Shown here piece after piece: positions 44,860 through 54,206 of a stretch of DNA of 60,022 nucleotides (within the stretch, counting starts at the first letter, position 1; the number at the start of each line of letters is the position of its first letter). The DNA is from an uncultured Verrucomicrobiales bacterium (lineage in GTDB: Bacteria; Verrucomicrobiota; Verrucomicrobiia; Limisphaerales; JAYPXF01), in NCBI GenBank assembly GCA_937893495.1, contig CALBIE010000023.1, forward strand, positions 1 through 60,022, in the 5' to 3' direction. Made by a program: the position numbers and the translations under genes. The notes below the pieces were generated by a model. That model made no database searches, had not been told where the DNA came from, and was given only the letters and a program-made list of their open reading frames with translations.

Positions 44860-46161
44860 GTGAAATCAATCTACCTGACACCCTCATCGAAGCGGACGGA
44901 ATCGCGCTCCCCGCAAACCAGCCGCCTCGTCGCGGTTCTTTTCGTTTCCATTGCGGGCCTTGCCCCCGGCCTCGCCGCGCTCCACGCCGCCGCAGCGCCC
45001 GATCCCATTACGCCGGTCCTGGAGTCGCTGGTGGACAGGCAGATTGTTCCCGGCGCGGTCGCGCTGGTCGCGAACCGGGAAAAGGTGCTGGCGCTCAAGA
45101 CGGCCGGTTGCACCAGTCTCGCGCGCAAGACGCCGATGCGGGCGGACGCGGTCTTCTGGATCGCCTCGATGAGCAAGTCCCTCACCGGCACGGCGCTGAT
45201 GATGCTCGTGGACGAGGGCAAGATCCGCCTCGCCGATCCGGTGGAAAAGTTTCTGCCTGAGTTCAAGGGGCAGCAGGTGAGGGCGGCGGACGGCACGCTG
45301 CATCCGCCGAAGCCAGTCCCGACCCACGCCGATGTCTCGTTCGGTCCGCATCCGCACCAGCTCATTGACATCTATCTGCCGAAGACCGGCAAGGGGTCGT
45401 TCCCGGCGGTGCTGTGGTTTGGCGGCATCTGGAAGGCGGCGAAGCATCCGGCCAATCTCGGCTTCTTCAATCCCAAGGGCATCGCCGTCATCGCCGTGCA
45501 GGTGCGCACAATGGAGGACGCGGTGGCGGTGAAGGAAAAGGTGCCAATCTCCTACGTGCAGACCGACGCCATCCGCGCGGTGCAGTTTGTCCGCCATCAT
45601 GCCGCGAAGTGGAATCTCGATCCGCAACGACTCGCCGTGGGCGGCGGTTCGCAGGGCGCGCAACCCGCGCTCTTCGTCGGTTGCACACGCGATCAAGCCA
45701 ACGCCATGTCTGGCGATCCCGTTGAGCGCGAGTCGTCATTGGTCACGTGTGTCGCCGCATTCCGATGCCAGCCGACGCTCGACCCCGTGCGGATGCAGGA
45801 ATGGGTTCCGGGCGTCAAATGGGGCGCGCCCGCGCTCGGCGTCTCGTTCGAGGAATCGCTCAAACGTCACGATGAACTTTTGCCCATCATCCGCAAATGG
45901 TCGCCGGACCACCTCCTGCACAAGAACGCAGCACCGATGTTCTTCGAGAACGAATGGAGTCTCTCCAGGCCCGACGACGTCACGCAGGTGAACTACGACG
46001 TGCATTCACCCGCGTGGGCACTGGGCTTTCAAAAGTCCGCGGTTGCCGCGGGCGCGAAATGCCACGTGAAATTCCCGGGCCATCCCGCCGACCATCCGGC
46101 CAAGGACATCTGGGACTTTGTCTTCGTCGAATTGAAGAGACCCATTCGTTCGAAACTGTAA
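44860..46161 (+). CDS. Chimeric secreted hydrolase: truncated beta-lactamase-family N-terminus fused to an alpha/beta-hydrolase (esterase)
   Basis: About aa 45-150 read IVPGAVALV...FWIASMSKSLTGTALMMLVDEGKIRLADPVEKFLPEF; SxxK is present, and I found no clear YxN or KTG-type box (checked only by eye). From about aa 152 the sequence is DVSFGPHPHQLIDIYLP...VLWFGGIW...AVGGGSQGA (GxSxG). The start is GTG. Confidence 0.65.
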   Translation: MKSIYLTPSSKRTESRSPQTSRLVAVLFVSIAGLAPGLAALHAAAAPDPITPVLESLVDRQIVPGAVALVANREKVLALKTAGCTSLARKTPMRADAVFWIASMSKSLTGTALMMLVDEGKIRLADPVEKFLPEFKGQQVRAADGTLHPPKPVPTHADVSFGPHPHQLIDIYLPKTGKGSFPAVLWFGGIWKAAKHPANLGFFNPKGIAVIAVQVRTMEDAVAVKEKVPISYVQTDAIRAVQFVRHHAAKWNLDPQRLAVGGGSQGAQPALFVGCTRDQANAMSGDPVERESSLVTCVAAFRCQPTLDPVRMQEWVPGVKWGAPALGVSFEESLKRHDELLPIIRKWSPDHLLHKNAAPMFFENEWSLSRPDDVTQVNYDVHSPAWALGFQKSAVAAGAKCHVKFPGHPADHPAKDIWDFVFVELKRPIRSKL

Positions 46162-46164
46162 AGG

Positions 46165-46341
46165 TTGACCGTTGATCACGATGGCGAACGTTGGAAACAG
46201 GTCACCGTCGAGCTATCATTGTTCGAGGGAAGGACTGTGAAAGTTCGACTCGAGAACGCCGCCAACGGCTGGGCATGGGAGTTCGGTCACTGGGCGGGGA
46301 TTGAGGTGAGGAACGGGAAGCAGGCATTTCGATTGAAGTAG
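46165..46341 (+). pseudogene. Orphan 3'-terminal fragment paralogous to the last about 52 codons of the 1200-aa gene (43011-43169)
   Basis: Hand translation gives LTVDHDGERWKQVTVELSLFEGRTVKVRLENAANGWAWEFGHWAGIEVRNGKQAFRLK*. The gene end reads QTVDQKAERWKQVNVDLSSFAGRKVKLRLENAANGWSWEFGHWAGIEVRSGK*. That is about 40/52 identical by hand. No in-frame ATG start is present. Confidence 0.8.
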
Positions 46342-46344
46342 GGA

Positions 46345-46692
46345 ATGAACACAGAAACTAGATCGGGCTGGCGAATCGGGAACGGCTATTGGGCCATCAT
46401 CTGGACTGGTTTATCCGTGTTCACATACGCGATTCGTCCGGTTCCGGTCGGGTATATGTTCCTGGCCATGTTCTTTGCGGTTCTTCTCTATGTGATGGCC
46501 CCAACAATCTTTCAACCTATCCGCATCGACGCCCTATTAATCTTTGTGATGGGACCCCAGATAATTGTCTGGCCGGATAATGGAATCGCGTTCGGCGTCA
46601 TTGCCGGTGCCTGTGTCGCCACCGCCGGGATTCACGCGTTGTATTATTGGTTCGGATCCATGAATTCAATGGGGAACACCGACCCAGAGTAG
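46345..46692 (+). CDS. Hypothetical small membrane protein (3-4 TM)
   Basis: A 115-aa ORF with hydrophobic segments WAIIWTGLSVFTYAI, MFLAMFFAVLLYVMA and GVIAGACVATAGI. No family recognised. Confidence 0.45.
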   Translation: MNTETRSGWRIGNGYWAIIWTGLSVFTYAIRPVPVGYMFLAMFFAVLLYVMAPTIFQPIRIDALLIFVMGPQIIVWPDNGIAFGVIAGACVATAGIHALYYWFGSMNSMGNTDPE

Positions 46693-46722
46693 GCTTCCCG
46701 GTGGGCGCATCGCCCCGGTAGC

Positions 46723-46825
46723 GCAGGCTTCCAGCCTGCACAAGGCTCACGCCAGACCAAACCGCTCAAGGTCCATCCGTGAGCGTCCGTTTCCAGTTGG
46801 ACGCTCCCCACAGGCGGGACGCCTG
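46723..46825. repeat. Cluster of three short GC-rich hairpins (REP-like)
   Basis: The hairpins are gcaggc-ttcca-gcctgc (46723-46739), gagcgtcc-N10-ggacgctc (46781-46806) and caggcg-gga-cgcctg (46811-46825). Confidence 0.6.
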
Positions 46826-46882
46826 CGCCACGAGTCGCCCTTCCCTTTGCCATGACCGCCATTCGTCGTTACACGTTTGCGC

Positions 46883-46984
46883 ATGGCTGATCTCAATGTC
46901 CTTGCTGTCGCCGCGAGCCTGAACCCGGACTCCGTCACCAGGACGGTCATCGACAATCTTGCCGAACCCTTGCGCGGTGCCGGC
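46883..46984 (+). pseudogene. 5' fragment of an NADPH-dependent FMN reductase-like gene (copy 1), truncated at the vapC stop
   Basis: MADLNVLAVAASLNPDSVTRTVIDNLAEPLRGAG matches copy 2 at 47801 and the usual N-terminus of this family. Homology ends where vapC (minus strand) begins. Confidence 0.6.
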
Positions 46985-47410
46985 CTAAAGCAGAACCAAA
47001 TCCAAACCAGCGTACTTTCTGAATCCTTTGTCGAAAGTGACGAATCGAATTCCCGCGCGGATCGCGAAAGCGGCCAGGTAGGCGTCCATCCAGATTTTGG
47101 GGGCCGCATCGTCTGTGTCCGCGAATTGAAGCCATGTTTCCTCGATTCCGGTCGGCTCGGCACAGAATCCAATTCGTGAATCCCTCCGAAGTGATCGGTA
47201 GATGGAAATCGCCCTGCGGTTGGTCAAAGGGACGTAATCCGGCGCAAGTGACTGACACAGCAGTCGCATTACGGAATTCTGTGTGGCGCGACAAAATTCT
47301 GCCGTGTCCGACTCAGTCAGTCCATCAAACCAGTCACGAGCCGATTCATGGTTTGGATGGGCCTCGATGATCGCCGCCAGGAATACGTTTGAGTCACATA
47401 GATGCCTCAT
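46985..47410 (-). CDS. vapC: PIN-domain toxin VapC
   Basis: The sequence is MRHLCDSNVFLAAI...WMDAYLAAFAIRAGIRFVTFDKGF, with the PIN acidic residues in the expected positions. ATG at 47410 overlaps the vapB 3' end. Confidence 0.85.
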   Translation of the reverse strand: MRHLCDSNVFLAAIIEAHPNHESARDWFDGLTESDTAEFCRATQNSVMRLLCQSLAPDYVPLTNRRAISIYRSLRRDSRIGFCAEPTGIEETWLQFADTDDAAPKIWMDAYLAAFAIRAGIRFVTFDKGFRKYAGLDLVLL

Positions 47411-47657
47411 GACGTTGCAGGTCCGTTTCCAAATCCGCACCTTTGACCGAGTCGTCAGTGATTGCCAGTTTGCGCGCCCCAATCGGCGATTCTATCAAAG
47501 GGAATTTGGTCCGGCGTAGCCGACCGGACGACGAGTTTCCAGATGTGACCAACCTCAGGCCTTCCGTCATAAGATCCTTCAACTTGCGCCCCTCCAGCGC
47601 GGCCTTGGCCTTGGCTTCCCTAAATAGTTCATCGGGAATCTCAAGCGTCGTTTTCAT
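47394..47657 (-). CDS. vapB: VapB-type antitoxin
   Basis: MKTTLEIPDELFREAKAKAALEGRKLKDLMTEGLRLV is a typical antitoxin N-terminus. The gene lies immediately upstream of and overlaps vapC. Confidence 0.8.
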   Translation of the reverse strand: MKTTLEIPDELFREAKAKAALEGRKLKDLMTEGLRLVTSGNSSSGRLRRTKFPLIESPIGARKLAITDDSVKGADLETDLQRHEASM

Positions 47658-47800
47658 ATTCCCATATTCCCATATTCCCATTATCTGTCAATCCGTTTTA
47701 ATCGTGTATTCCCTGAGCTGTCCGGTGATTCGTGGTCATACTGACGAGTCGACCGTCCCAATCGTTGCACATTCCAAGAAACGTCGTTACACGTTTGCGC

Positions 47801-48004
47801 ATGGCTGTACTCAAAGTCCTTGCGGTGGCCGCGAGTCTCAATCCGGATTCCGTCACCAAGACCGTCATCGACAATCTCGCCGAACGATTGCGCGCTGCCG
47901 GTTCGTCGGTGGATTTACCGGATTTCCACACTTCTCCCCTGTTTCGAGGTACGAACGGACAAATTGCGGCACATTTCGATGTGTCATATTGGCACATAAA
48001 CTGA
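47801..48004 (+). pseudogene. 5' fragment of an NADPH-dependent FMN reductase-like gene (copy 2), 67 codons only
   Basis: The sequence is MAVLKVLAVAASLNPDSVTKTVIDNLAERLRAAGSSVDLPDFHTSPLF..., then a stop at 48002-48004. The family is normally about 180 aa. Confidence 0.6.
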
Positions 48005-48094
48005 CCTCAGTATCTTCATAGCATCTGCAATTTGGCATTTCTCAAGGTTTTTTGCCCCCTTTCAAATGGCATGCTTGGTGCGTAATCATCCGGA

Positions 48095-50716
48095 ATGAAT
48101 GTTGAAAAACTGACTACCAGGGCGCAGTCCGCGTTGCAGGAAGCGAAACAGGTCGCCCACGAATTGAGTCATCAGGAACTCGACTGTGAGCACCTGTTAA
48201 TGGCTCTCAGTCGCGACAACGAGAGTCTCGTTCCGAACCTACTGAAGAAGATGGGTGTTCCGTTGGATGGACTCCAGGCAGATGTCCTGGCTGAGCTTCA
48301 GCGGCGACACAAGGTGGAAGGGACAAGTTCGAGTGATTTGTACATTAGCCAGCCGCTGAAACAGGCTTTTGACGCCGCCGATGCCGAGGCGAAAAAGCTC
48401 AAGGACGAATACCTGAGTACAGAGCATCTGCTGCTTGGGCTGGTCGCCAAGGCCGGTCCCAAACTCGAGGAAATCTTCGCGCGCCATCAGGTAAAACGCG
48501 ACGCGTTGCTGAAGGCGCTTGCCGACCTGCGTGGCAATCAACGCGTGACCGATCAAAATCCCGAAGAAAAGTTTCAGGCGTTGGAAAAGTATGGACGCGA
48601 TCTCACGGAGATGGCGCGTCAGGGCAAAATTGATCCGGTGATTGGACGTGACGATGAAATACGCCGCGTGATGCAGGTGTTGACGCGCCGGACAAAGAAC
48701 AACCCGGTTCTGATTGGTGAGCCCGGTGTTGGCAAGACCGCGATTGTTGAAGGATTGGCTCGCCGGATCGTGAGTGGCGATGTGCCCGAGTCATTGAAGA
48801 ACAAGCAATTGGTGGCGATGGATTTGGGCGCGATGATTGCCGGCGCAAAGTATCGCGGTGAATTTGAGGATCGGTTGAAGGCGTTTCTGAAGGAAGTAAC
48901 GAGCAGCAACGGCCGAGTGATTCTTTTCATCGACGAACTGCACACCATCGTGGGTGCCGGTCAGGCCGAGGGCGCGGTGGATGCGGGCAATCTGCTTAAG
49001 CCGCAACTGGCGCGGGGTGAATTGCGCTGCATCGGCGCGACAACCTTGAAAGAGTATCGCAAGTACATCGAGAAAGACGCGGCGCTGGAACGGCGCTTTC
49101 AACCTGTGATGGTCGCGGAGCCGACCGTCGAGGCGACGATAGCGATACTGCGAGGATTGAAGGAGCGCTACGAGGTCCATCATGGCGTGCGCATTCAGGA
49201 CGCGGCCATCGTCGCGGCGGCGACGCTGTCGCATCGCTACATCGCCGATCGCTTCCTGCCGGACAAGGCGGTGGACCTGATGGATGAAGCGGCCTCGAAA
49301 CTCCGCATGGAGATGGATTCGATGCCGACGGTGATCGACCAGTTGGAGCGACAGATAATGCAACTGGAGATCGAACGGACGGCGTTGAAGAAGGAGAAGG
49401 ACGCGGCTTCAAAGGAACGACTGGCCAAGCTCGAACGAGAGCTGGCGGATTTGAAAGAACGCTCCACGCGGCTCAAGTCGCAATGGGAAAACGAGAAAGC
49501 CGCGCTCAATGCCATCAGCATCATCAACGAGCGACTGGAAGAAGCGAAGGGGGAAATGGAGAAAGCGCAACGGTCAGGGAATCTGAACGTGGCGGCGGAA
49601 ATCCAGTATGGCAAGGTTCCCGAGCTGGAGATGAAACTTGCGGCGGCGCAAAAGGCTCTGTCGGAAGAGCCACAGGCGGGTCGGTTGCTGTCACAGGAAG
49701 TGACCGACGAGGACATTGCGGGGGTGGTTGCCTCGTGGACCGGCATCCCTGTCACCAGGATGCTGGAAGGGGAACGCGAGAAACTCGTGCGGATGGAAGA
49801 GCGATTGCGATTGCGAGTCGTGGGTCAGACTGAAGCGGTCACTGCGGTGTCCAATGCCGTCCGGCGCGCTCGCAGCGGGCTGCAGGATCCGAACCGCCCG
49901 GTGGGTTCGTTTATTTTTCTTGGCCCGACCGGTGTCGGAAAGACCGAACTGGCCCGGGCGCTGGCGGAGTTTTTGTTCGATGACGAAGGCGCGGTGGTGC
50001 GTATCGACATGAGCGAATACATGGAAAAACATTCCGTGTCGCGCCTCGTCGGAGCGCCTCCCGGATACGTCGGTTATGAGGAGGGCGGGCAGTTGAGCGA
50101 GGCGGTGCGACGACGACCTTATTCAGTCGTGTTATTTGACGAGATCGAAAAGGCGCATAGCGACGTCTTCAACATTCTGCTTCAAGTGCTCGACGACGGC
50201 CGGTTGACGGATGGGCAGGGCCGCACGGTGGATTTCAAAAACGTCATTGTCATCATGACCAGCAATATCGGGTCGCCGATCATTCAGGACTTTTATGCCA
50301 AGGGCCAGCCGACCGGGGCGAAGGCGAGGGAGTTGGAGTCGCTGGTGACGAACGAGCTGCGCCATCATTTCCGGCCCGAGTTTCTTAATCGTTTGGACGA
50401 TACCATTCTCTTCCACAGTCTGAGCGAAGAGCATCTGACGCACATCGTGGAAATTCAGTTGCGTCAGATTGAGAAGCGTCTGGAAGCACAGCATTTGCGA
50501 TTGACCCTCTGTGACGAAGCGAAACGCTTCCTGGCCAAAGAGGGCTATGACCCGCAGTTTGGCGCGCGACCGCTAAAACGAACCCTTCAGGAACGCCTGC
50601 TGGATCCGATGGCCGGCCAGCTATTGGCGGGGGAATTCAAGCCCGGCGAAATTGTCAACGTGGACGTGGCGAATGATGAACTGGTGTTTACCCACCGTTC
50701 CGGCGGCGTCGATTAA
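48095..50716 (+). CDS. clpB: ATP-dependent chaperone ClpB
   Basis: 873 aa. It has a Clp N-domain, NBD1 [15 protein letters not shown], a long coiled-coil M-domain, NBD2 [15 protein letters not shown] and the sensor motif GARPLKR. Confidence 0.97.
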   Translation: MNVEKLTTRAQSALQEAKQVAHELSHQELDCEHLLMALSRDNESLVPNLLKKMGVPLDGLQADVLAELQRRHKVEGTSSSDLYISQPLKQAFDAADAEAKKLKDEYLSTEHLLLGLVAKAGPKLEEIFARHQVKRDALLKALADLRGNQRVTDQNPEEKFQALEKYGRDLTEMARQGKIDPVIGRDDEIRRVMQVLTRRTKNNPVLIGEPGVGKTAIVEGLARRIVSGDVPESLKNKQLVAMDLGAMIAGAKYRGEFEDRLKAFLKEVTSSNGRVILFIDELHTIVGAGQAEGAVDAGNLLKPQLARGELRCIGATTLKEYRKYIEKDAALERRFQPVMVAEPTVEATIAILRGLKERYEVHHGVRIQDAAIVAAATLSHRYIADRFLPDKAVDLMDEAASKLRMEMDSMPTVIDQLERQIMQLEIERTALKKEKDAASKERLAKLERELADLKERSTRLKSQWENEKAALNAISIINERLEEAKGEMEKAQRSGNLNVAAEIQYGKVPELEMKLAAAQKALSEEPQAGRLLSQEVTDEDIAGVVASWTGIPVTRMLEGEREKLVRMEERLRLRVVGQTEAVTAVSNAVRRARSGLQDPNRPVGSFIFLGPTGVGKTELARALAEFLFDDEGAVVRIDMSEYMEKHSVSRLVGAPPGYVGYEEGGQLSEAVRRRPYSVVLFDEIEKAHSDVFNILLQVLDDGRLTDGQGRTVDFKNVIVIMTSNIGSPIIQDFYAKGQPTGAKARELESLVTNELRHHFRPEFLNRLDDTILFHSLSEEHLTHIVEIQLRQIEKRLEAQHLRLTLCDEAKRFLAKEGYDPQFGARPLKRTLQERLLDPMAGQLLAGEFKPGEIVNVDVANDELVFTHRSGGVD

Positions 50717-51741
50717 AAGTCGCGCTTGGGGATATCGAGAATGATTGGTCGGGGGGCCAGCTTGATTGGGCGCGACGCTTCGCTGCCGAAACTGCCTGGA
50801 CTGGAAAGCGAAGGACCGCGGGAATTGAATGCGCCGACACCAAACGCCGGGTTGGCACCACCAAAAGCTGAGCCTCGTGCGGCTGGTGCGCCGATGCCGG
50901 CGGTGGGGCGAAGGCCACGGGTGATCTGTACGCCCGGCAATGACTCAACACCGGCTTTGAGATCGGACTGTCCGAAGGAATTGTTGAATCCCGATCCGCT
51001 GTTTTGAAAGGGGTTGTTGATCATTTTCCGAAAGCTTTCGATGTCTGCCTTGCTTTGCAGTTCGAGTCCTTCCTTCTTGAATGCCGCAGAAATGCGATCC
51101 ATTCGGTCGAGCTTGATATTGTCCGCTCCCGACAATGGCTGCGCTTCGAGCATTACCGCCGGCTGCGAAAGCCCGGTGCCGGGAAGAGTTTGTGTGAGTG
51201 GACCCGAACGAATCGAATTTAGGGTGGACTCGCGCCTTCCGGCATCCTGTCTTGATTCTCGTCTTTCTGGATCACCCGCCGATCGGTTCGCGTCCGATTC
51301 CTTGTCGCCGTTGAACCCCTTCTCCATAAAACGCCTCATGGAGTCCGGGGACTCTTCACCCCCGAACAATTCCGGTTCTTTCTTCTCCCGATCAGATTCC
51401 GACTGCCCAATCAGAAATGAATCAGTTTCCTGAAACATCCAGTTCCTGCGGCGATCGAGCAGTTCTTTGTCGCGCCGACTCTGTCCGGCGGTTGGAGTGA
51501 CGGCAGGCGCGGATAAGTTGAACAGGCTGGCACCGGGGCTGTCGGATCGGGATTGTCCCAGATCCGGTTCCTCCAGGCCCGCTGGTAGCAATGGCTTACG
51601 GACACTGAAATCAAACGAGACTCGCTGGCCATTTCGCCCGGAGAATATAATTTTTTCCGCGAACACTGGGGACAACAACAGACTGCCCAGAACGAAATAC
51701 ATCAACTTTCGCAGCAGGATGTTAATTGCGCGCGCGGTCAT
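50713..51741 (-). CDS. Hypothetical secreted low-complexity protein
   Basis: The signal-like N-terminus is [16 protein letters not shown]. The body is Ser/Gly/Pro/Arg-rich. It is convergent with clpB, with a 4-nt stop overlap. No family recognised. Confidence 0.5.
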   Translation of the reverse strand: MTARAINILLRKLMYFVLGSLLLSPVFAEKIIFSGRNGQRVSFDFSVRKPLLPAGLEEPDLGQSRSDSPGASLFNLSAPAVTPTAGQSRRDKELLDRRRNWMFQETDSFLIGQSESDREKKEPELFGGEESPDSMRRFMEKGFNGDKESDANRSAGDPERRESRQDAGRRESTLNSIRSGPLTQTLPGTGLSQPAVMLEAQPLSGADNIKLDRMDRISAAFKKEGLELQSKADIESFRKMINNPFQNSGSGFNNSFGQSDLKAGVESLPGVQITRGLRPTAGIGAPAARGSAFGGANPAFGVGAFNSRGPSLSSPGSFGSEASRPIKLAPRPIILDIPKRDF

Positions 51742-51889
51742 TACCCTCAACCATTACTTCACGCCTGACGGCGCGTCAAAGCCGGAAAATACCTGATTCG
51801 GCGCGGCGGAGAAAATTAATGGTTGCCCCGGAGTGCGGTTCCCCCCTATTTTGGGGCTCGTTACAGAAGCAATAATAGAAATATTCGTC

Positions 51890-52156
51890 ATGAAAATGTG
51901 GGAAAAGCTCAATAAAAAATCCATCGTATTGGCCGCCATCTTTTCCGTTGGTCTGCTGGTGACCGGCTGTCAGACACTTGGCAGTGGCGGCAAATCTGTC
52001 GAAGAACTGACCTCCGCCGCTGAAGCAGGTGATCCGAACGCCTCTCTCAAGTTGGCTGATCTCTATTTCAATGGCCGAGGTGGGCTGGAGAAAAACTTTG
52101 TCGAGGCTGAGAAGTGGTACAAGAAGGCCGCTCAGCAGTTTGAGGCAAATAAATAA
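51890..52156 (+). CDS. Sel1-repeat lipoprotein
   Basis: The lipobox is LLVTGC. AEAGDPNASLKLADLYFNGRGGLEKNFVEAEKWYKKAA is a canonical Sel1/SLR repeat. Confidence 0.8.
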   Translation: MKMWEKLNKKSIVLAAIFSVGLLVTGCQTLGSGGKSVEELTSAAEAGDPNASLKLADLYFNGRGGLEKNFVEAEKWYKKAAQQFEANK

Positions 52157-52241
52157 TTGCGTGCGCCAGACGGAGCGCGTGGATCGCATTTTACCAGGCG
52201 TATCGCTACCGGCGGTGCGCCTCTTTTTGCGTACCGCTGAA

Positions 52242-54173
52242 TCAAGGAACCCACCGGACGCGCACATAGATCGCGCTCCCGTTGAACTCGAAAAAATTGG
52301 TCACGCTCTGATTCGTGGACGTGGCAATCACGGGCAAAGCGACATCAAACCAATCAGTGAGATTGGTGGTCCCCTGCACTTGGTACAAATCGCCGGGACG
52401 GGCGAGAAAATCGATTTGTTGACCAGCGAGACCGCCGATGATTTTCAGCACGGAATTCGTGCTGGTCGGATCCGTGCCGATGCGAAACTCATCCAGATTG
52501 CTGATCCCATCACCGTCGAAATCATCACTCGCGCCGCGCTTGGCACCGGCCGCGGGATCGGAATTGCCGAAGAACTGGGTCATCCATGCATCGGGAATTC
52601 CATCCGGACCGCCGGAGGGTTTCGTGTCTCCGAGGAGTGAAAGAATTTTTACGATTGCCCAGGGCGAGGAGTTAGTGCCGTCAGATAAGCGATAGGAAAT
52701 CGCGTCCGAAAAACTGTTACCGAACGGGTCATGACGCGAAGTTGAATCCGTGAACAATCCGAGCGGCGCGTATTTGATGGTCGTGCTGACCAGCGAAAAT
52801 GTTCCATTGAGGTTGCTGGGGTTGGCGACTACGACAGAGAGATTTGTGTTGGATGTCTGCAAGTCCCCCCCGCTGACCGTGATTTCGTTAATGCCGCTGA
52901 CATTAAGAGCCGACGAAGTCGTCACCGCGTCAAACACCCGGTCAAAGGTAAACGGCGGCGTGTTATTAGTTGGATGAATCTGTTGGATGGTTGCCTTGTC
53001 ATAGCCTTCGACCCGTGCGCCGCGACCGTCATCGTGCGCCGTAAAATACATGATCGCCTGAGTGAGGTTCGTGTTGGCTTCCGACGGGTTTTCGCTCGAA
53101 TGCCCCATGCTCAGGACATGGCCGATCTCATGGGTAAGCACCTCTTCAAACAAAACCGGATTGCCGTTGAAGGCGGAGTTGGTGTGTTCCATCGTCAGAT
53201 ATCCCGCCACCGAATGATTGAACTCGTTTCCCGCGACGTTGCCCCCGATTCCGCCGTTCGGAAAACTGCCGGAGGTTATCGCCAATCGTCCGCCCTCGCC
53301 GAGTATGGACGAACTGTTGATCTGGTTGTAAAGGTCGTGCAGTTGCACGCGAATGCGCGAGTCACTGACGTTCGTGCTGGCATCCACCGCGGATTTTCCA
53401 AAGCTTTGCGGACCCGAGTAGCGAAAACTCACGCTGGCAACGCCTGCCCACGCTGCGAACGCATTCGACAGCGCCGTCAGCGCCTGGTTGGTCGAGATGC
53501 CCGAAGGTAGCGCGTCCGTGTCCACGAGGTACTCGATCGGCTCGCCGCGGTCTCCGTTGAGGAATCGCGCGGCAATGCCACTGCTGGTCAGCAGCCCGGT
53601 GACGGCGGCGCTTTTCAATCCGTTCCCGAATCCCGCCGCGGCTTGTGAAGTGACATCGGCTCCCGCGCCCGGAGAATCGGGGATCAGCCTCCTGATCTGT
53701 TCGGCGATCTCCACGCCAGCATTCAAATAACCGGTCGTCGCCTTTTGCGAAGAAGGTGTTCCGACGCGGAAAACCCCTGCGCTGCCGTTGTCGATAAACA
53801 GCGTTCCGTCAGGTCGCTGGCGGAGGAAAGCGATGATTTGATCCCCTGCGTGAAGGTTCGGCTTTGTGCTCAGAGTTTCCTCACGGTTGTCGAGAATACC
53901 TCCGCGATGAATCACGTTGATTGCCGAAGGAAATGTTCCCTTGATCGCGTCGTCGATCTTCAAAACCGTCCGGGTATGGATGCCTCCATCTCCGCCGCGG
54001 AAGCAGGTCCAACCAAGAACCGTCGCGCGGCAAATCGCATCGGCATTTTCAACTTGTTCGGGAAGGGCGATGGGCAAAACGGACGTAGCCATCGAACGGG
54101 TTGCGATGAGCGGCAGAATAATCGCCAGGAGAAGAAACCGGATGGTGCGCATACGGCGGATAAATTGCCCCAT
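52242..54173 (-). CDS. Secreted matrixin-like zinc metalloprotease with thrombospondin-type-3-like Ca-binding repeat
   Basis: The zinc motif is HEIGHVLSMGH (HExxHxxGxxH). DDFDGDGISNLDEFRIGTDP lies near the C-terminus. A signal peptide is present. Confidence 0.85.
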   Translation of the reverse strand: MGQFIRRMRTIRFLLLAIILPLIATRSMATSVLPIALPEQVENADAICRATVLGWTCFRGGDGGIHTRTVLKIDDAIKGTFPSAINVIHRGGILDNREETLSTKPNLHAGDQIIAFLRQRPDGTLFIDNGSAGVFRVGTPSSQKATTGYLNAGVEIAEQIRRLIPDSPGAGADVTSQAAAGFGNGLKSAAVTGLLTSSGIAARFLNGDRGEPIEYLVDTDALPSGISTNQALTALSNAFAAWAGVASVSFRYSGPQSFGKSAVDASTNVSDSRIRVQLHDLYNQINSSSILGEGGRLAITSGSFPNGGIGGNVAGNEFNHSVAGYLTMEHTNSAFNGNPVLFEEVLTHEIGHVLSMGHSSENPSEANTNLTQAIMYFTAHDDGRGARVEGYDKATIQQIHPTNNTPPFTFDRVFDAVTTSSALNVSGINEITVSGGDLQTSNTNLSVVVANPSNLNGTFSLVSTTIKYAPLGLFTDSTSRHDPFGNSFSDAISYRLSDGTNSSPWAIVKILSLLGDTKPSGGPDGIPDAWMTQFFGNSDPAAGAKRGASDDFDGDGISNLDEFRIGTDPTSTNSVLKIIGGLAGQQIDFLARPGDLYQVQGTTNLTDWFDVALPVIATSTNQSVTNFFEFNGSAIYVRVRWVP

Positions 54174-54206
54174 GGGCGGCGATTACGCAAGCGGGTGATG
54201 GGAAAA

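Noticed and set aside
46877-47179. 100-aa ORF starting with the FMN-reductase-like N-terminus
   Set aside because: Only the first about 35 codons resemble the family and the second copy. The remainder is antisense to vapC and has no reductase motifs. I annotated it as a truncated fragment instead.
48067-48081. Sigma-54-like -24/-12 element TGGCATGCTTGGTGC upstream of clpB
   Set aside because: The GG-N10-GC spacing fits. However, the -12 box reads GTGC rather than TTGC, and the predicted start site would fall about 2 nt before the clpB ATG, leaving no leader. I treat it as a chance match.
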